A stretch of 64,000 nt of DNA, taken from an uncultured Chloroflexia bacterium. Its GTDB lineage: Bacteria > Chloroflexota > Anaerolineae > Anaerolineales > UBA4823. The notes beneath the pieces are model-generated. The model was not told the origin of the DNA and did not search any database. It saw only the letters and a list, made by a program, of their open reading frames with translations. The stretch spans positions 193,314 through 257,313 of the forward strand of contig CAWIYB010000003.1 of the NCBI GenBank assembly GCA_963840255.1. The letters run 5' to 3'. The first letter of the stretch is position 1; each line of letters begins with the position of its first letter. The position numbers and the translations under genes are program-made. Below are positions 1 through 9,683 of the stretch, in pieces.

Positions 1-1879
1 GCCGCAATCGCGTGCCGGTAGAAACAACCGGCTCATAGTTCACCCAGGTACCGGCGATGGTTCCAGCATCGGTGATCAGGAACGATATATCAGATCGTTG
101 GATGCGAGCATGGAGCCCTTCTATTGAAGGGTCGGTGATAACGTGACTAGCAAGGTGCGGATCACTACCTAGAGAAATAGCCTCGGTGGTCATCTGCAAT
201 GGAGCAGGAATAGTAGGCTCGTCAAACCCCACCAGGGGGATCAAATAAGCAATGGCAGGGATGGGTAGTTCTTCTTGCCTGAACCAGGGCAATCGTTCAA
301 ACCAACCTTTTAAACGCGGACTTACTATAACAGATTCAATGACAGCGGTTTTGATTGGGCTATTTACCAGGTTCTCCGGCTGGCCTGAGCTGGTGTGAGA
401 TCCCACCGGGCGGGTTTTTTCAGTCCCGCCCATACCATTTCTAACCTGTCCAGGATGCGGCTTGGGGCGGATGTGCCCACCTAAGATAAGCACCAACAAC
501 AGTAGAGATGCTGAAACAACAACGCCTGCGACCAATAACAAGGGTCTTTTTTGTGAAACCGCGATAAACATACCTTGAGCGGTGGATGGAACGATGATCC
601 TCACCGACGTAGCACTGGTCTTCCCAGCCAGTCCCAGATTGTCTATAGCTTCGACCACCAGGGTATGCACACCTGCCTGGGTATAGGGTCGCAAATCCCA
701 TACAAACCTATCAAAAGGAGCTTGGGAGTTTTCAACGTTAACGACTCCGTCAACATAGAGGCGCGTAAGGGTGAGCGGACGGGCATAACCATCCGGGAAA
801 GCTACGTTAATGTTCAAGACTTGCTCATCGGGCAGTAGATCAGCACTTATCGCCGCCGTCCCGGGGGTTGGTTGAGCAGCGAAGGTGCGTACAATTTCAC
901 TGGGTGCATCCAGCAGGGTTGGGGCGGGTAATTTTAAATTGAGCTCATAGGATTGGGGTGAAGAGGTGACTAGCTCGGTGGGAGTGGTCACCTGACCAAC
1001 CACCTGGTGGGTGCCTGGGGCAGTGACCTGCGAGCTGAACCCGAGCTGGTAGATATAACGTAGAGGTTCGAGCAAGGTTTCCAGATCGGGGACAGGCTCG
1101 TCGCGCGAAAAAGCGAAAAAAGCTCCATGCGTCTGGTCTGCCAGGCTGCGCAACTGGTTGATTTCGGGCGATTCAAAAACCTCTGGGGCGGCGAGTAGCC
1201 ACACATAGATATGAATATTTTGCTTATTCGCACTGGAAATGATCGACTGAAGACCCAATGAAACGTCGGTTCCTTGGGGAGGGGTAATAAACAGGATGGC
1301 GCGTTCCATTCCATACCTGGCGGTGGGATCAGAGGCAACCTGCAAGGCTGCGGCAAGCACTTCAAGACTGGGAACGGCATCCTGTTCCCCAGGTAAATAA
1401 TCTTCAAGGGCAGTTAAAAGCAAAGCCGGGTCGGATGAATGGGTTAGCTGCGGGCCACCCATGCTAAGTAAGCTGAAGTCATCCACCCCCGCAGGCTGGT
1501 TGAACCAGGTGCCGGCAAGGAGACCCTGTAGCAAATGCTCATAGCGCGAGACACCCATGGAATCACGGATGCTAAACGCAGCACCAGGAGACGTGGCAAC
1601 CACAAACTGGACGCCTGGAGCTAGCTCTACCAGCTCAGCAACTGGCACGGATACTCCGTCCTCCAGGATGCTGACATCCTGAGGAGTGAGGTCATGGACG
1701 AATCCACCGGACGGGTCATGGACATCCAGGTAGGTAATTAGATGAGGAAAATCTCCGGTATCCGGAGGAGATAAGACGGCAGTAGTCCCAGATTGGGCAG
1801 AAGCACTGCCCACGCAGACAAGGAAGATGGTTAACAGGGTGGTGACAATGGGTAAAAAGCGCCCAGGGCTAACAGACAT
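1..1879 (-). CDS. FHA-domain membrane protein, C-terminal (3') end cut by the window edge (signal peptide, extracytoplasmic domain, one TM, C-terminal FHA)
   Basis: Absent from the supplied ORF track, because it has no stop codon inside the window. Hand translation of the reverse strand from the ATG at 1879 (MSVSPGRFLPIVTTLLTIFLVCVGSASAQ...) stays open to nt 1. There is a TM-like stretch LLLVAGVVVSASLLLLVLIL. The tail ISLGSDPHLASHVITDPSIEGLHARIQRSDISFLITDAGTIAGTWVNYEPV is FHA-like. Confidence 0.7.
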   Translation of the reverse strand, partial: MSVSPGRFLPIVTTLLTIFLVCVGSASAQSGTTAVLSPPDTGDFPHLITYLDVHDPSGGFVHDLTPQDVSILEDGVSVPVAELVELAPGVQFVVATSPGAAFSIRDSMGVSRYEHLLQGLLAGTWFNQPAGVDDFSLLSMGGPQLTHSSDPALLLTALEDYLPGEQDAVPSLEVLAAALQVASDPTARYGMERAILFITPPQGTDVSLGLQSIISSANKQNIHIYVWLLAAPEVFESPEINQLRSLADQTHGAFFAFSRDEPVPDLETLLEPLRYIYQLGFSSQVTAPGTHQVVGQVTTPTELVTSSPQSYELNLKLPAPTLLDAPSEIVRTFAAQPTPGTAAISADLLPDEQVLNINVAFPDGYARPLTLTRLYVDGVVNVENSQAPFDRFVWDLRPYTQAGVHTLVVEAIDNLGLAGKTSATSVRIIVPSTAQGMFIAVSQKRPLLLVAGVVVSASLLLLVLILGGHIRPKPHPGQVRNGMGGTEKTRPVGSHTSSGQPENLVNSPIKTAVIESVIVSPRLKGWFERLPWFRQEELPIPAIAYLIPLVGFDEPTIPAPLQMTTEAISLGSDPHLASHVITDPSIEGLHARIQRSDISFLITDAGTIAGTWVNYEPVVSTGTRLR

Positions 1880-1945
1880 GCACGGTATTGTAGCACAACA
1901 GGAATCAAAAAGGCACGGCGATTCGACCACCGTGCCCAGGGACAA

Positions 1946-3205
1946 TTATGGAATAGGTGTTACTTCGGGTGTCACCTGTGGAGTGACTTCCAGCGGAACC
2001 TCTGTCGTTACAGAACCGGTTGAGACCGGGGTGCCAATGGCAGCTGGTGTCGCTGAACCTGCGGATAGAGCCGCGGCATCGGCGGCTGTATTAGGCATAC
2101 CAGCAGTGATCCAGGCCTGATATATGGCGACTAATTCCGGCGGAAGAGCGCGGGTGGGGGGCATTGGGTTTCCAGCATCAAGCCCCTCGACGCGGTTCAG
2201 CATCTGCATGGTGTTGCACAGCAGATCACCCGCAATCAGGTTTGGAGCATGGTCGCCAGTTTTGATCGTGTTGTCATAGTTATCCATGATGTAATTATTG
2301 TTCTTCTTGCCCGCACGGTGGCAGGAGACACAATAGCGTTTCTGAATAGCGGAGATATGTACTTCATAGGAGGGCACCTCGCCCGCGGCAAGCGTTGGGA
2401 TGGCGTTGGCAGAAGAAACCTCCTGAGGTAGCTCAACCCGGTCATCCCAGGAGTAGCGCATGAAGGTGACCATGGCATCAATGTCGGATGGTCCCAGCGC
2501 GCCTCCAAAAGCACGCGCAAAGGGCTGCATACCCAAATCCTGCTGACCATAAGAAATAATATCCGCCAAAGTCTGGTCATCACGGGTGTACATTTCATCC
2601 TTGCTGTTGATGGGCTTCATGATGAAACCTTCGAGCCCTTCGACCCCCTTGACCTCTCCGCCTTCACCTTCTGGACCATGGCATTCCGTGCAATTTACCG
2701 AATAGAGGTCTTGCCCGGCGAGGATTTGTTCGGGGACGGTTCCGGCGATAGTGCCGGTCACCTCCTGGGCCGGGGTGGTGGCAACCGCCATAACGGTGAG
2801 GACTACGATACCAACCACCATCACCGTCATGATACCGATAGCCCATGGGCGGGCCTTCCAATAGCGGCGCGAATTGCGATCGAAGAAGGGCAGCAAGATT
2901 AATGCCAGTACTGCAAGGATCGGAATGATAGTTGTACCAAGCCATTCCAGCGTTCCGGGGAAATATTTGAGCATTTGGAAGAGGAACAGGAAGTACCATT
3001 CAGGGCGAGGAACGTAGGCAGAATCGGACGGGTCAGCTTTTGGCTCCTGGGAGACACCGATCCAGGTGGCAAGGATGACCAGGATGATAAAGAGAGCCAG
3101 AGTGATAACGACGTCTTTGTAGATTATATCGGGCCAGAACTTGACCCCGTTCTGTTTTTCCTGGGAATATTTTTCTTTGTATTGTTTCTTTTGCTCTTCG
3201 TTCAC
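1946..3205 (-). CDS. cytochrome bc complex subunit IV (cytochrome b C-terminal part) fused to a c-type cytochrome domain with two CxxCH motifs
   Basis: The N-terminal half is PetD/QcrC-like (PEWYFLFLFQMLKYFPG, three TM segments). The C-terminal half carries the heme-c motifs CTECH and CVSCH. It lies directly downstream of the cytochrome b6-like gene. Confidence 0.85.
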   Translation of the reverse strand: MNEEQKKQYKEKYSQEKQNGVKFWPDIIYKDVVITLALFIILVILATWIGVSQEPKADPSDSAYVPRPEWYFLFLFQMLKYFPGTLEWLGTTIIPILAVLALILLPFFDRNSRRYWKARPWAIGIMTVMVVGIVVLTVMAVATTPAQEVTGTIAGTVPEQILAGQDLYSVNCTECHGPEGEGGEVKGVEGLEGFIMKPINSKDEMYTRDDQTLADIISYGQQDLGMQPFARAFGGALGPSDIDAMVTFMRYSWDDRVELPQEVSSANAIPTLAAGEVPSYEVHISAIQKRYCVSCHRAGKKNNNYIMDNYDNTIKTGDHAPNLIAGDLLCNTMQMLNRVEGLDAGNPMPPTRALPPELVAIYQAWITAGMPNTAADAAALSAGSATPAAIGTPVSTGSVTTEVPLEVTPQVTPEVTPIP

Positions 3206-3220
3206 GGCAGTCTCCTTTTT

Positions 3221-3880
3221 CTAGTCTTCTTCTTTGGGGACTGAAGAGATTCCCAGGCGAATGACCATGTAGAGATGAACGCCGATCAAGCCAGCAATCA
3301 TGGCGGGGAACCACCAGATATGAACCGAGAAGAAACGAGCCAGGGTAACAGCAGAGAGGTCGCTGCCACCCCGCAGTACTTGATTAATGAAATTGCCGAT
3401 AAAAGGTACGGTGCCAGCGATGGATGTGGCAACCGTGGTAGCCCAGTAAGCACGTTGGTTCCAGGGGAGCAAGTAGCCGGTAAAACCCATGCCCAAGGTG
3501 AGGAGGAGTAAGAATACACCAGTGACCCAAGTGAATTCGCGTGGATATTTATAAGCACCAAAGTAAAATGTGCGCAACATATGGAAGAAAACGATCAACA
3601 CCATCAAGCTGGCGCCCCAATGGTGGATGCCGCGGATCAACCAGCCGTAGCTGACGCCAGTCATAATGTATTGGATGCTGTCATAAGCATGGTCGGGCGA
3701 GGGGACATAATAAACGGTGAGCATGATACCCGTGATTCCCTGGAGGACGAAAAGGAACAGACTGGCACTCCCCAGGGTGAACCACCAATTAACTTTAGGC
3801 ACTTTACGGTCAAGGACTGTGGAATAGATCGTCTTGAGCCCGAGCCGTTCATCTAACCAGTTGAAGGTCTTTTGGAACAT
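3221..3880 (-). CDS. cytochrome b6-type cytochrome b (N-terminal four-helix part)
   Basis: Translation has VNWWFTLGSASLFLFVLQGITGIMLTVYY, GIHHWGASLMVLIVFFHMLRTF and LPWNQRAYWATTV, which are typical split cytochrome b signatures. Confidence 0.9.
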   Translation of the reverse strand: MFQKTFNWLDERLGLKTIYSTVLDRKVPKVNWWFTLGSASLFLFVLQGITGIMLTVYYVPSPDHAYDSIQYIMTGVSYGWLIRGIHHWGASLMVLIVFFHMLRTFYFGAYKYPREFTWVTGVFLLLLTLGMGFTGYLLPWNQRAYWATTVATSIAGTVPFIGNFINQVLRGGSDLSAVTLARFFSVHIWWFPAMIAGLIGVHLYMVIRLGISSVPKEED

Positions 3881-3882
3881 AC

Positions 3883-4368
3883 CTAACTCCCCACGAAGTG
3901 GATGTAGAGAATATCTTCCTCGATCTTGGTTTCGTACGCTTCCAGAGGTCGAGGTTGAGGACCTTTAATGATCTGCCCGTCGATATCAAAATAAGCATCG
4001 TGGCAGGGGCAGATATAGACGGTTAATTCAGGCTTCCAGTTTACACGGCAGCTCAGATGGGTGCATTTGTTGGAGAGCGCCACACATGTACCATCATCCT
4101 GTTTGACGATATAAACGCCGTAACTATTGACGGTTTTCTCCCAGCCATTGACTTTTGTGCGGTTGAAATTAAATAAAGTTGGAGTACCGACCGGGTAATT
4201 CGCTACCGGACCCACTGGTATCCAGGCATCGGCAGCTACCTTTTGGAGAGATGGGGCAACCAGGTAACCGATGGCGGGTATACCGATTAAGGCACCCATA
4301 ACCGTGCCTGTGGCAGCAGTTACAATGGCGACGAATTCGCGGCGGCTCATATGGGGGGAACTGGGCAT
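3883..4368 (-). CDS. Rieske [2Fe-2S] subunit of the bc complex
   Basis: Rieske boxes CTHLSC and CPCHDAYF. A Tat-like/TM N-terminus (MSRREFVAIVTAATG). I chose the internal ATG at 4368, which is preceded by AGGAGG, rather than the track start at 4518. Confidence 0.85.
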   Translation of the reverse strand: MPSSPHMSRREFVAIVTAATGTVMGALIGIPAIGYLVAPSLQKVAADAWIPVGPVANYPVGTPTLFNFNRTKVNGWEKTVNSYGVYIVKQDDGTCVALSNKCTHLSCRVNWKPELTVYICPCHDAYFDIDGQIIKGPQPRPLEAYETKIEEDILYIHFVGS

Positions 4369-4648
4369 GTGTACCTCCTGGTGAGCAGTGTGTTTATGCC
4401 AATGATTAAAACCGGGAAGACGATCTTCCTGTTGGGTGCGATGAGCAGCTTGGTATGCATATTGTACATCAATGACACAGGAAGACCGTCTTATCCCGCA
4501 CATATAATTGTAGAACATATCATGTTATGATGATAAGGATAAGTAATATGAATAATCCATGAGTTTCATCACTAATACCTAATGTAGGACAAATGGGATA
4601 ATTGGGAAACCCAATTTCGTAATTTTTGTGAGGATAAAGGAGGAGAAC

Positions 4649-5038
4649 ATGGCTTATGGTAAGTACTCTGGCTTCAGGGGTTTGTTCTACAACGCAGGCG
4701 GTTCGTATCATTCCTTCTCACTCCACCGCCTCACCGCAATGGGGATTTGCTTATTCGTTGGGATGCATGTGCTCTCATCCTTCTCAATGCAGCAATTACT
4801 AGGCACCTGGGGGACAACGATCAATATCATCTACGAATCATGGTGGTTCCAAATTTTGGTCGTCTTCTGTGTGCTCTTCCATACAATCAATGGCGTGAGG
4901 GTCGTCATCCTAGATATATGGCCTAAACTGCTTAAGTATGAAAGGGATGCAGTCTACCTTGAATGGGCGATCTTTATCCCAATTTACGCCCTGACGGTGT
5001 TTATCATTGTCACAAATGCCCTGACCCCCGCGGCTTAG
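4649..5038 (+). CDS. sdhC: succinate dehydrogenase cytochrome b subunit
   Basis: Small polytopic membrane protein at the head of the sdhCDAB order. The ATG at 4649 is preceded by AAGGAGGAG. Confidence 0.7.
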   Translation: MAYGKYSGFRGLFYNAGGSYHSFSLHRLTAMGICLFVGMHVLSSFSMQQLLGTWGTTINIIYESWWFQILVVFCVLFHTINGVRVVILDIWPKLLKYERDAVYLEWAIFIPIYALTVFIIVTNALTPAA

Positions 5039-5054
5039 CAAAGGAGATAAGGAT

Positions 5055-5483
5055 ATGCGACCTCGTTACGTCCCACAACGCGGCATTAACCTTGATTACC
5101 TGATGTGGCTGTTTACCCGTATCTCCGGGCTGGGGATCGTGGTTCTGGCATTGATCGGGCTAATTTTGGCGATGTATATGGGGGCTCGCCTGCAGATGGA
5201 CCTGCCCACCGTTTTGCGCTGGACATTCTTCCCCAACTCAAGCCATGTGGTCAACAGCAACATCCCCGACGTGACCCTGGGATGGGCAAATGCTTTCTGG
5301 CAGATCATGCAGTTCTTGATCATCTTCCTGGCGTTCACCCACGCAGCCAACGGTCTGCGCATGATCGCTGAGGACTATATCGGTCACACGTTATGGCAGC
5401 CATTCGTTCGGGCGTTATTTGCACTGCTCTGGATGGCAATGATCATTATCGCCGTCTACGTAGTAATCGGTTCTGCTTATTAA
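5055..5483 (+). CDS. sdhD: succinate dehydrogenase membrane anchor subunit
   Basis: Hydrophobic 142-aa protein lying between sdhC and sdhA. Confidence 0.65.
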   Translation: MRPRYVPQRGINLDYLMWLFTRISGLGIVVLALIGLILAMYMGARLQMDLPTVLRWTFFPNSSHVVNSNIPDVTLGWANAFWQIMQFLIIFLAFTHAANGLRMIAEDYIGHTLWQPFVRALFALLWMAMIIIAVYVVIGSAY

Positions 5484-5515
5484 CGCAGACACAGGATGTG
5501 AGGAGCCATAACATT

Positions 5516-7309
5516 ATGAAAAAACACCAATTTGAGGTCATCGTAATCGGAGCGGGAGGTGCTGGCTTAATGGCAGCTCTCTATGCTTCGAAGACTGCCA
5601 ATACTGCCGTGATCAGCAAGCTGTACCCGACCCGCTCGCACACCGGAACTGCCCAGGGAGGGGTGGGGGCAGCTCTGGGAAACGAAGAAGAGGACCATTG
5701 GGAATGGCACACCTTTGATTCGGTCAAAGGAAGCGACTATTTAGGTGATCAGGATGCTATCGAGTTCATGTGTTACGAAGCGGTGCAGGCAGTGTATGAG
5801 CTCGAGCATTATGGTTTACCATTTTCTCGCACGCCTGAGGGCAAGATCGCCCAGCGCCCATTCGGTGGACATACCAATAACGTGACCGGCAAGCCAGTCA
5901 GGCGGGCATGCTACGCAGCTGACCGTACCGGGCACATGATCCTGCAGACCCTCTACCAGCAGTGCCTGAAGAATAACGTCAATTTCTTCGATGAATTCCA
6001 GGTGGTGGATTTGCTGGTGGTCAACGGGGCGGCTGCCGGGGTGGTAGCAATCGAGCTCGGGACATCCGAATTACACGTATTCCATGCAAAATCAGTCATC
6101 CTGGCTACAGGCGGTCACGGAAGGGTGTGGGACATCACCTCTAACGCCTATGCTTACACCGGAGATGGAATTGCCATCGCCATGCGGCATGGCATCCCAA
6201 CGGAAGACATGGAATTCTTCCAGTTCCACCCCACCGGAATTTATAAGCTGGGCATCCTGATCACCGAAGGAGTGCGAGGTGAAGGAGGGGTGCTGATCAA
6301 TGGAAAAGGCGAACGCTTCATGGAGAGATACGCACCCAGAGTGAAGGACCTAGCTTCACGGGATGTGATCAGCCGCGCCATGTATCTGGAGATTAAAGCT
6401 GGCAACGGCGTCAACGGTCAAAATTACTTGTACTTGGACGTCCGACCGGAGACGGTGAACAAATACGCAGCCTTGGATGGTCGTAAACGCCCGGATGGCT
6501 CAGAGTATAAAATGACCGGCGAAGAGATCATCGCCAAATTGCCGGATATTGTAGACTTTGCTCGAACTTACCTGGGCGTAGACCCGGTAGCACAGCCCAT
6601 GCCTGTCCAGCCGACAGCTCACTACACAATGGGTGGGATCCCCACTAATAAATATGGTGAAGCGGTGGTCGATGAGAACAATACCGTCATGCCGGGGTTG
6701 TATGCGGCAGGTGAAGTGGCATGCGTTTCTGTCCACGGGGCTAATCGCCTGGGGACGAATTCTCTGCTGGACCTGATCGTATTCGGAAAACACGCAGGGC
6801 TTCGGGCGGCTGAGTTTGCCAGAGGCGCAGATTTTCAATCCCTGCCCACCGACCCAACCGAGTTCTCCCAGACCCAGTTCGACCTCATCCGCAACGCCCA
6901 GGGCAATGAGAAAATACTGGAAATTTCCAGCAAGATGAAAGCCATCATGATGGATTGCGTGGGGATGTTCCGCACCGGTGACGGGATGCAGTCGGCATTG
7001 GAGACCGTGCGTGAGCTGCGCGAGCGTTACAAGCACATCCCACTGCACGACCAGGGGAAAATCTTCAACACAGAGATGATCAACTTGTGGGAGCTGGGCA
7101 ACTTATTGGAGATTGCTGAGCTCGTGACAGTGTGCGCTCTTGCACGCATGGAAAGCCGTGGGGCACATGCTCGTGATGATTACCCCAAACGCGATGACGC
7201 CAACTGGCTGAAGCATACATTATCCTGGATAAAACCGGATGGCGCGATTGAGCTGCGCTACAAACCAGTTGTAATCACAAATTACCAGCCTAAAGAGCGA
7301 GTTTATTAG
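5516..7309 (+). CDS. sdhA: succinate dehydrogenase/fumarate reductase flavoprotein subunit
   Basis: FEVIVIGAGGAGLMAAL FAD-binding fold, RSHTGTAQGG (site of the covalent-FAD His) and HPTG...GEGG motifs. Start taken at the MKKHQFEV ATG. Confidence 0.95.
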   Translation: MKKHQFEVIVIGAGGAGLMAALYASKTANTAVISKLYPTRSHTGTAQGGVGAALGNEEEDHWEWHTFDSVKGSDYLGDQDAIEFMCYEAVQAVYELEHYGLPFSRTPEGKIAQRPFGGHTNNVTGKPVRRACYAADRTGHMILQTLYQQCLKNNVNFFDEFQVVDLLVVNGAAAGVVAIELGTSELHVFHAKSVILATGGHGRVWDITSNAYAYTGDGIAIAMRHGIPTEDMEFFQFHPTGIYKLGILITEGVRGEGGVLINGKGERFMERYAPRVKDLASRDVISRAMYLEIKAGNGVNGQNYLYLDVRPETVNKYAALDGRKRPDGSEYKMTGEEIIAKLPDIVDFARTYLGVDPVAQPMPVQPTAHYTMGGIPTNKYGEAVVDENNTVMPGLYAAGEVACVSVHGANRLGTNSLLDLIVFGKHAGLRAAEFARGADFQSLPTDPTEFSQTQFDLIRNAQGNEKILEISSKMKAIMMDCVGMFRTGDGMQSALETVRELRERYKHIPLHDQGKIFNTEMINLWELGNLLEIAELVTVCALARMESRGAHARDDYPKRDDANWLKHTLSWIKPDGAIELRYKPVVITNYQPKERVY

Positions 7310-7323
7310 AAGAGGTGCCAGCC

Positions 7324-8028
7324 ATGGAAGTAAAAGTCAAAGTCTTCCGCTTTAATCCTGAAAAAGACAAACGACCGCATTACGAAACCTATAAACTGGA
7401 AGCTCAGCCCACGGACCGCGTTCTGGATATGCTGGAATATATCAAAGGATATTATGACGGCACACTTTCATTCCGGCGTTCTTGCGCCCATGGAATTTGC
7501 GGCTCTGATGCGATGCGCATCAATGGGCGCAACCACCTGGCCTGCAAGGCATTACTCAAGGACATGCATTCAAAGCATATTACCGTCGAACCGATACTTG
7601 GGCTAAAAGTGATCAAAGACCTGATCGTTGACATGGACCAGTTTTTCAGCCACTATAAATCGGTGATGCCGTATTTCGTCAATGATGAGCCAGCCCCGCC
7701 CCAGGAGCGGCTGCAAAGTATTGATGAACGCGAACGCTTCGACGATACCACCAAGTGCATCCTGTGCGCCTGCTGCACCACCTCCTGCCCGTCTTTTTGG
7801 GCAAGCGACCAATATATGGGACCAGCAGCAATCGTGGCGGCACACCGCTTCATATTTGACAGCCGCGATAGAGCAGCCGCTGAGCGGTTGAGGATTCTAA
7901 ATGATCAGTTTGGTGTATACCGCTGTCACGTGATTTTTAACTGCACCGAGTGCTGCCCGCGCGAAATTGAGATCACCCAGGCGATCGGGGAGGTAAAAGC
8001 TGCCATCGTCACGGGTCGGTTACGATAG
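7324..8028 (+). CDS. sdhB: succinate dehydrogenase iron-sulfur subunit
   Basis: Cys clusters SCAHGICGSDAMRING, CILCACCTTSCP and CTECCP. A GTG at 7315 is an alternative start. Confidence 0.92.
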   Translation: MEVKVKVFRFNPEKDKRPHYETYKLEAQPTDRVLDMLEYIKGYYDGTLSFRRSCAHGICGSDAMRINGRNHLACKALLKDMHSKHITVEPILGLKVIKDLIVDMDQFFSHYKSVMPYFVNDEPAPPQERLQSIDERERFDDTTKCILCACCTTSCPSFWASDQYMGPAAIVAAHRFIFDSRDRAAAERLRILNDQFGVYRCHVIFNCTECCPREIEITQAIGEVKAAIVTGRLR

Positions 8029-8052
8029 AAATCCATCCACAGAAATCCAACT

Positions 8053-8081
8053 TCTCGGGAGGTTAAGCTCCCGGGATTTTT
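8053..8081 (+). terminator. rho-independent terminator after sdhB
   Basis: CTCGGGAG-gttaag-CTCCCGGG stem followed by ATTTTTT. Confidence 0.7.
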
Positions 8082-8119
8082 TATATGTCTATGTTTCCAT
8101 GCTATAATTTCGGGCGATA

Positions 8120-8195
8120 GCCCCCGTAGCTCAAAGGATAGAGCGAGGCTCTCCTAAGGCCGAGGTTGTGGGTTCGACTCCCGCCGGGGGCGCCA
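8120..8195 (+). tRNA. tRNA-Arg (anticodon CCT)
   Basis: Hand-folded cloverleaf. Acceptor GCCCCCG/CGGGGGC, D arm GCTC..GAGC, anticodon loop CTCCTAA, T arm GTGGG-TTCGACT-CCCGC, and an encoded CCA. Confidence 0.85.
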
Positions 8196-8258
8196 AAAGT
8201 TGTCTTACAATTTGCTTTTAACCCTTGTCAAAATTGATACTATCGTGTATTATTAAAT

Positions 8259-8301
8259 ATGATGAATGTCTGGGTGCCCCCCTCACCCAGGCATTCATCA
8301 T
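8259..8301 (-). terminator. long hairpin downstream of rimO (possibly a bidirectional terminator)
   Basis: ATGATGAATGTCTGGGTG-cccccc-TCACCCAGGCATTCATCAT, an inverted repeat of about 19 bp between the tRNA and the rimO stop codon. Confidence 0.55.
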
Positions 8302-8323
8302 TTAAATCCACCTTGAAGCCCCA

Positions 8324-9661
8324 TTACCGACTCACAACCATCACCCCACTCAGATCGTAGGTCATCGCGCCGTTTATTCGGACGGGTACAAGCTCACCAA
8401 CAGGTGCACTGCCTTCCACGATGACCAACCCATCAATCTCAGGTGCATCCCGGTAGCTACGACCGAGGGATAACCCATCACCCTGTCCTTCGAAGAGCAC
8501 GTCCAGGGTCTTGCCTATATAGCGCTGGTTGCGCTCAAGAGAAATATCCTGCTGAAGTGCCATCAACCTATCGTAGCGCTCTTCCTTGACCTCCGGCGGA
8601 ACCGGGTCTCCTAATGGCTCACTGGCTGTACCCGGTTCGAAGGAGAATTGAAACGTCCCAACCCGGTCAAAGCGGATCTCTTTAACGAAATCCATCAGGG
8701 TCTGGAATTCAGCTTCAGTTTCGCCGGGATAACCGACGATAAAAGTCGTCCGTAGTGCCAGATCCGGCATGGCGATCCGCATTTTTTCCAGGGTGCGGTG
8801 CACCCAATCCATATTGGCAGGTCGCTTCATGCGCTGGAGTGTATCGGGGTGAGCGTGCTGCAGGGGCATATCCAGGTAGTGCAGGATATGCGGGGTGGTT
8901 GCCATCACCTCGATCAGCCGGTCGGTCACATAACCGGGGTAAGCGTACATGATTCGCACCCAATCCAATTGAGGCACAGCCTGTGTAATTTTTTCGAGCA
9001 GGCGGGCGAGACCATCCTTCAATCCGAGATCATAACCATAATCGGTGGTATCCTGAGCAATCAGGTTGATCTCATGCATCCCCATGGCGCCTAATTGGTG
9101 CACCTCATCGACAATGACATCCATCGGCCGGCTGACAGCGGGACCCTTGATGAGCGGAATGGCGCAAAATGCACACGGACGGCGACAGCCATCGGCAATC
9201 TTCACAAATGCGCTTTTCCCTTGAATACCGGCGCGCAGCACGCCATGCTCATCGGTGCCCACTGTAGCAACGTCCGGCAGGTGATAGAGCGGTTTGGGAT
9301 GTTGTCCATGCCGCAAAGCATCTACCACATCGAGGATATCCATCCAGCGTCGCGTCCCGAGAATGCCATCGATCCCATGCACCCGTTGGGCAACTTCAGC
9401 CCCATAGCGTTGAGTTAGGCAACCTGCGGCGATTAATATCTGCCCCGCCTGCTTCTTATCTGCCAGCTCCTGGAGGACCCCGAAGGACTCTTCCTTCGCC
9501 GGACCGATGAAACCGCAAGTGTTTACTATCAACACCCTGGCTTTAGACGGCTCGTCGGTGGACTGATACCCCGCAGAGGCTAAAATTTGAGCCATCGAGG
9601 CTGAATCAACAGTATTCTTGGCACAACCAAGTGAAATCATGTGGAAAGATTTATTCTTCAT
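8324..9661 (-). CDS. rimO: ribosomal protein S12 methylthiotransferase (radical SAM, MiaB/RimO family)
   Basis: N-terminal SLGCAKNTVDS, radical-SAM motif CRRPCAFCAIP, and a C-terminal TRAM-like GRSYRDAPEIDGLV...YDLSG. Confidence 0.8.
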   Translation of the reverse strand: MKNKSFHMISLGCAKNTVDSASMAQILASAGYQSTDEPSKARVLIVNTCGFIGPAKEESFGVLQELADKKQAGQILIAAGCLTQRYGAEVAQRVHGIDGILGTRRWMDILDVVDALRHGQHPKPLYHLPDVATVGTDEHGVLRAGIQGKSAFVKIADGCRRPCAFCAIPLIKGPAVSRPMDVIVDEVHQLGAMGMHEINLIAQDTTDYGYDLGLKDGLARLLEKITQAVPQLDWVRIMYAYPGYVTDRLIEVMATTPHILHYLDMPLQHAHPDTLQRMKRPANMDWVHRTLEKMRIAMPDLALRTTFIVGYPGETEAEFQTLMDFVKEIRFDRVGTFQFSFEPGTASEPLGDPVPPEVKEERYDRLMALQQDISLERNQRYIGKTLDVLFEGQGDGLSLGRSYRDAPEIDGLVIVEGSAPVGELVPVRINGAMTYDLSGVMVVSR

Positions 9662-9683
9662 TTCTATTTCGAGTAGAAATTAA

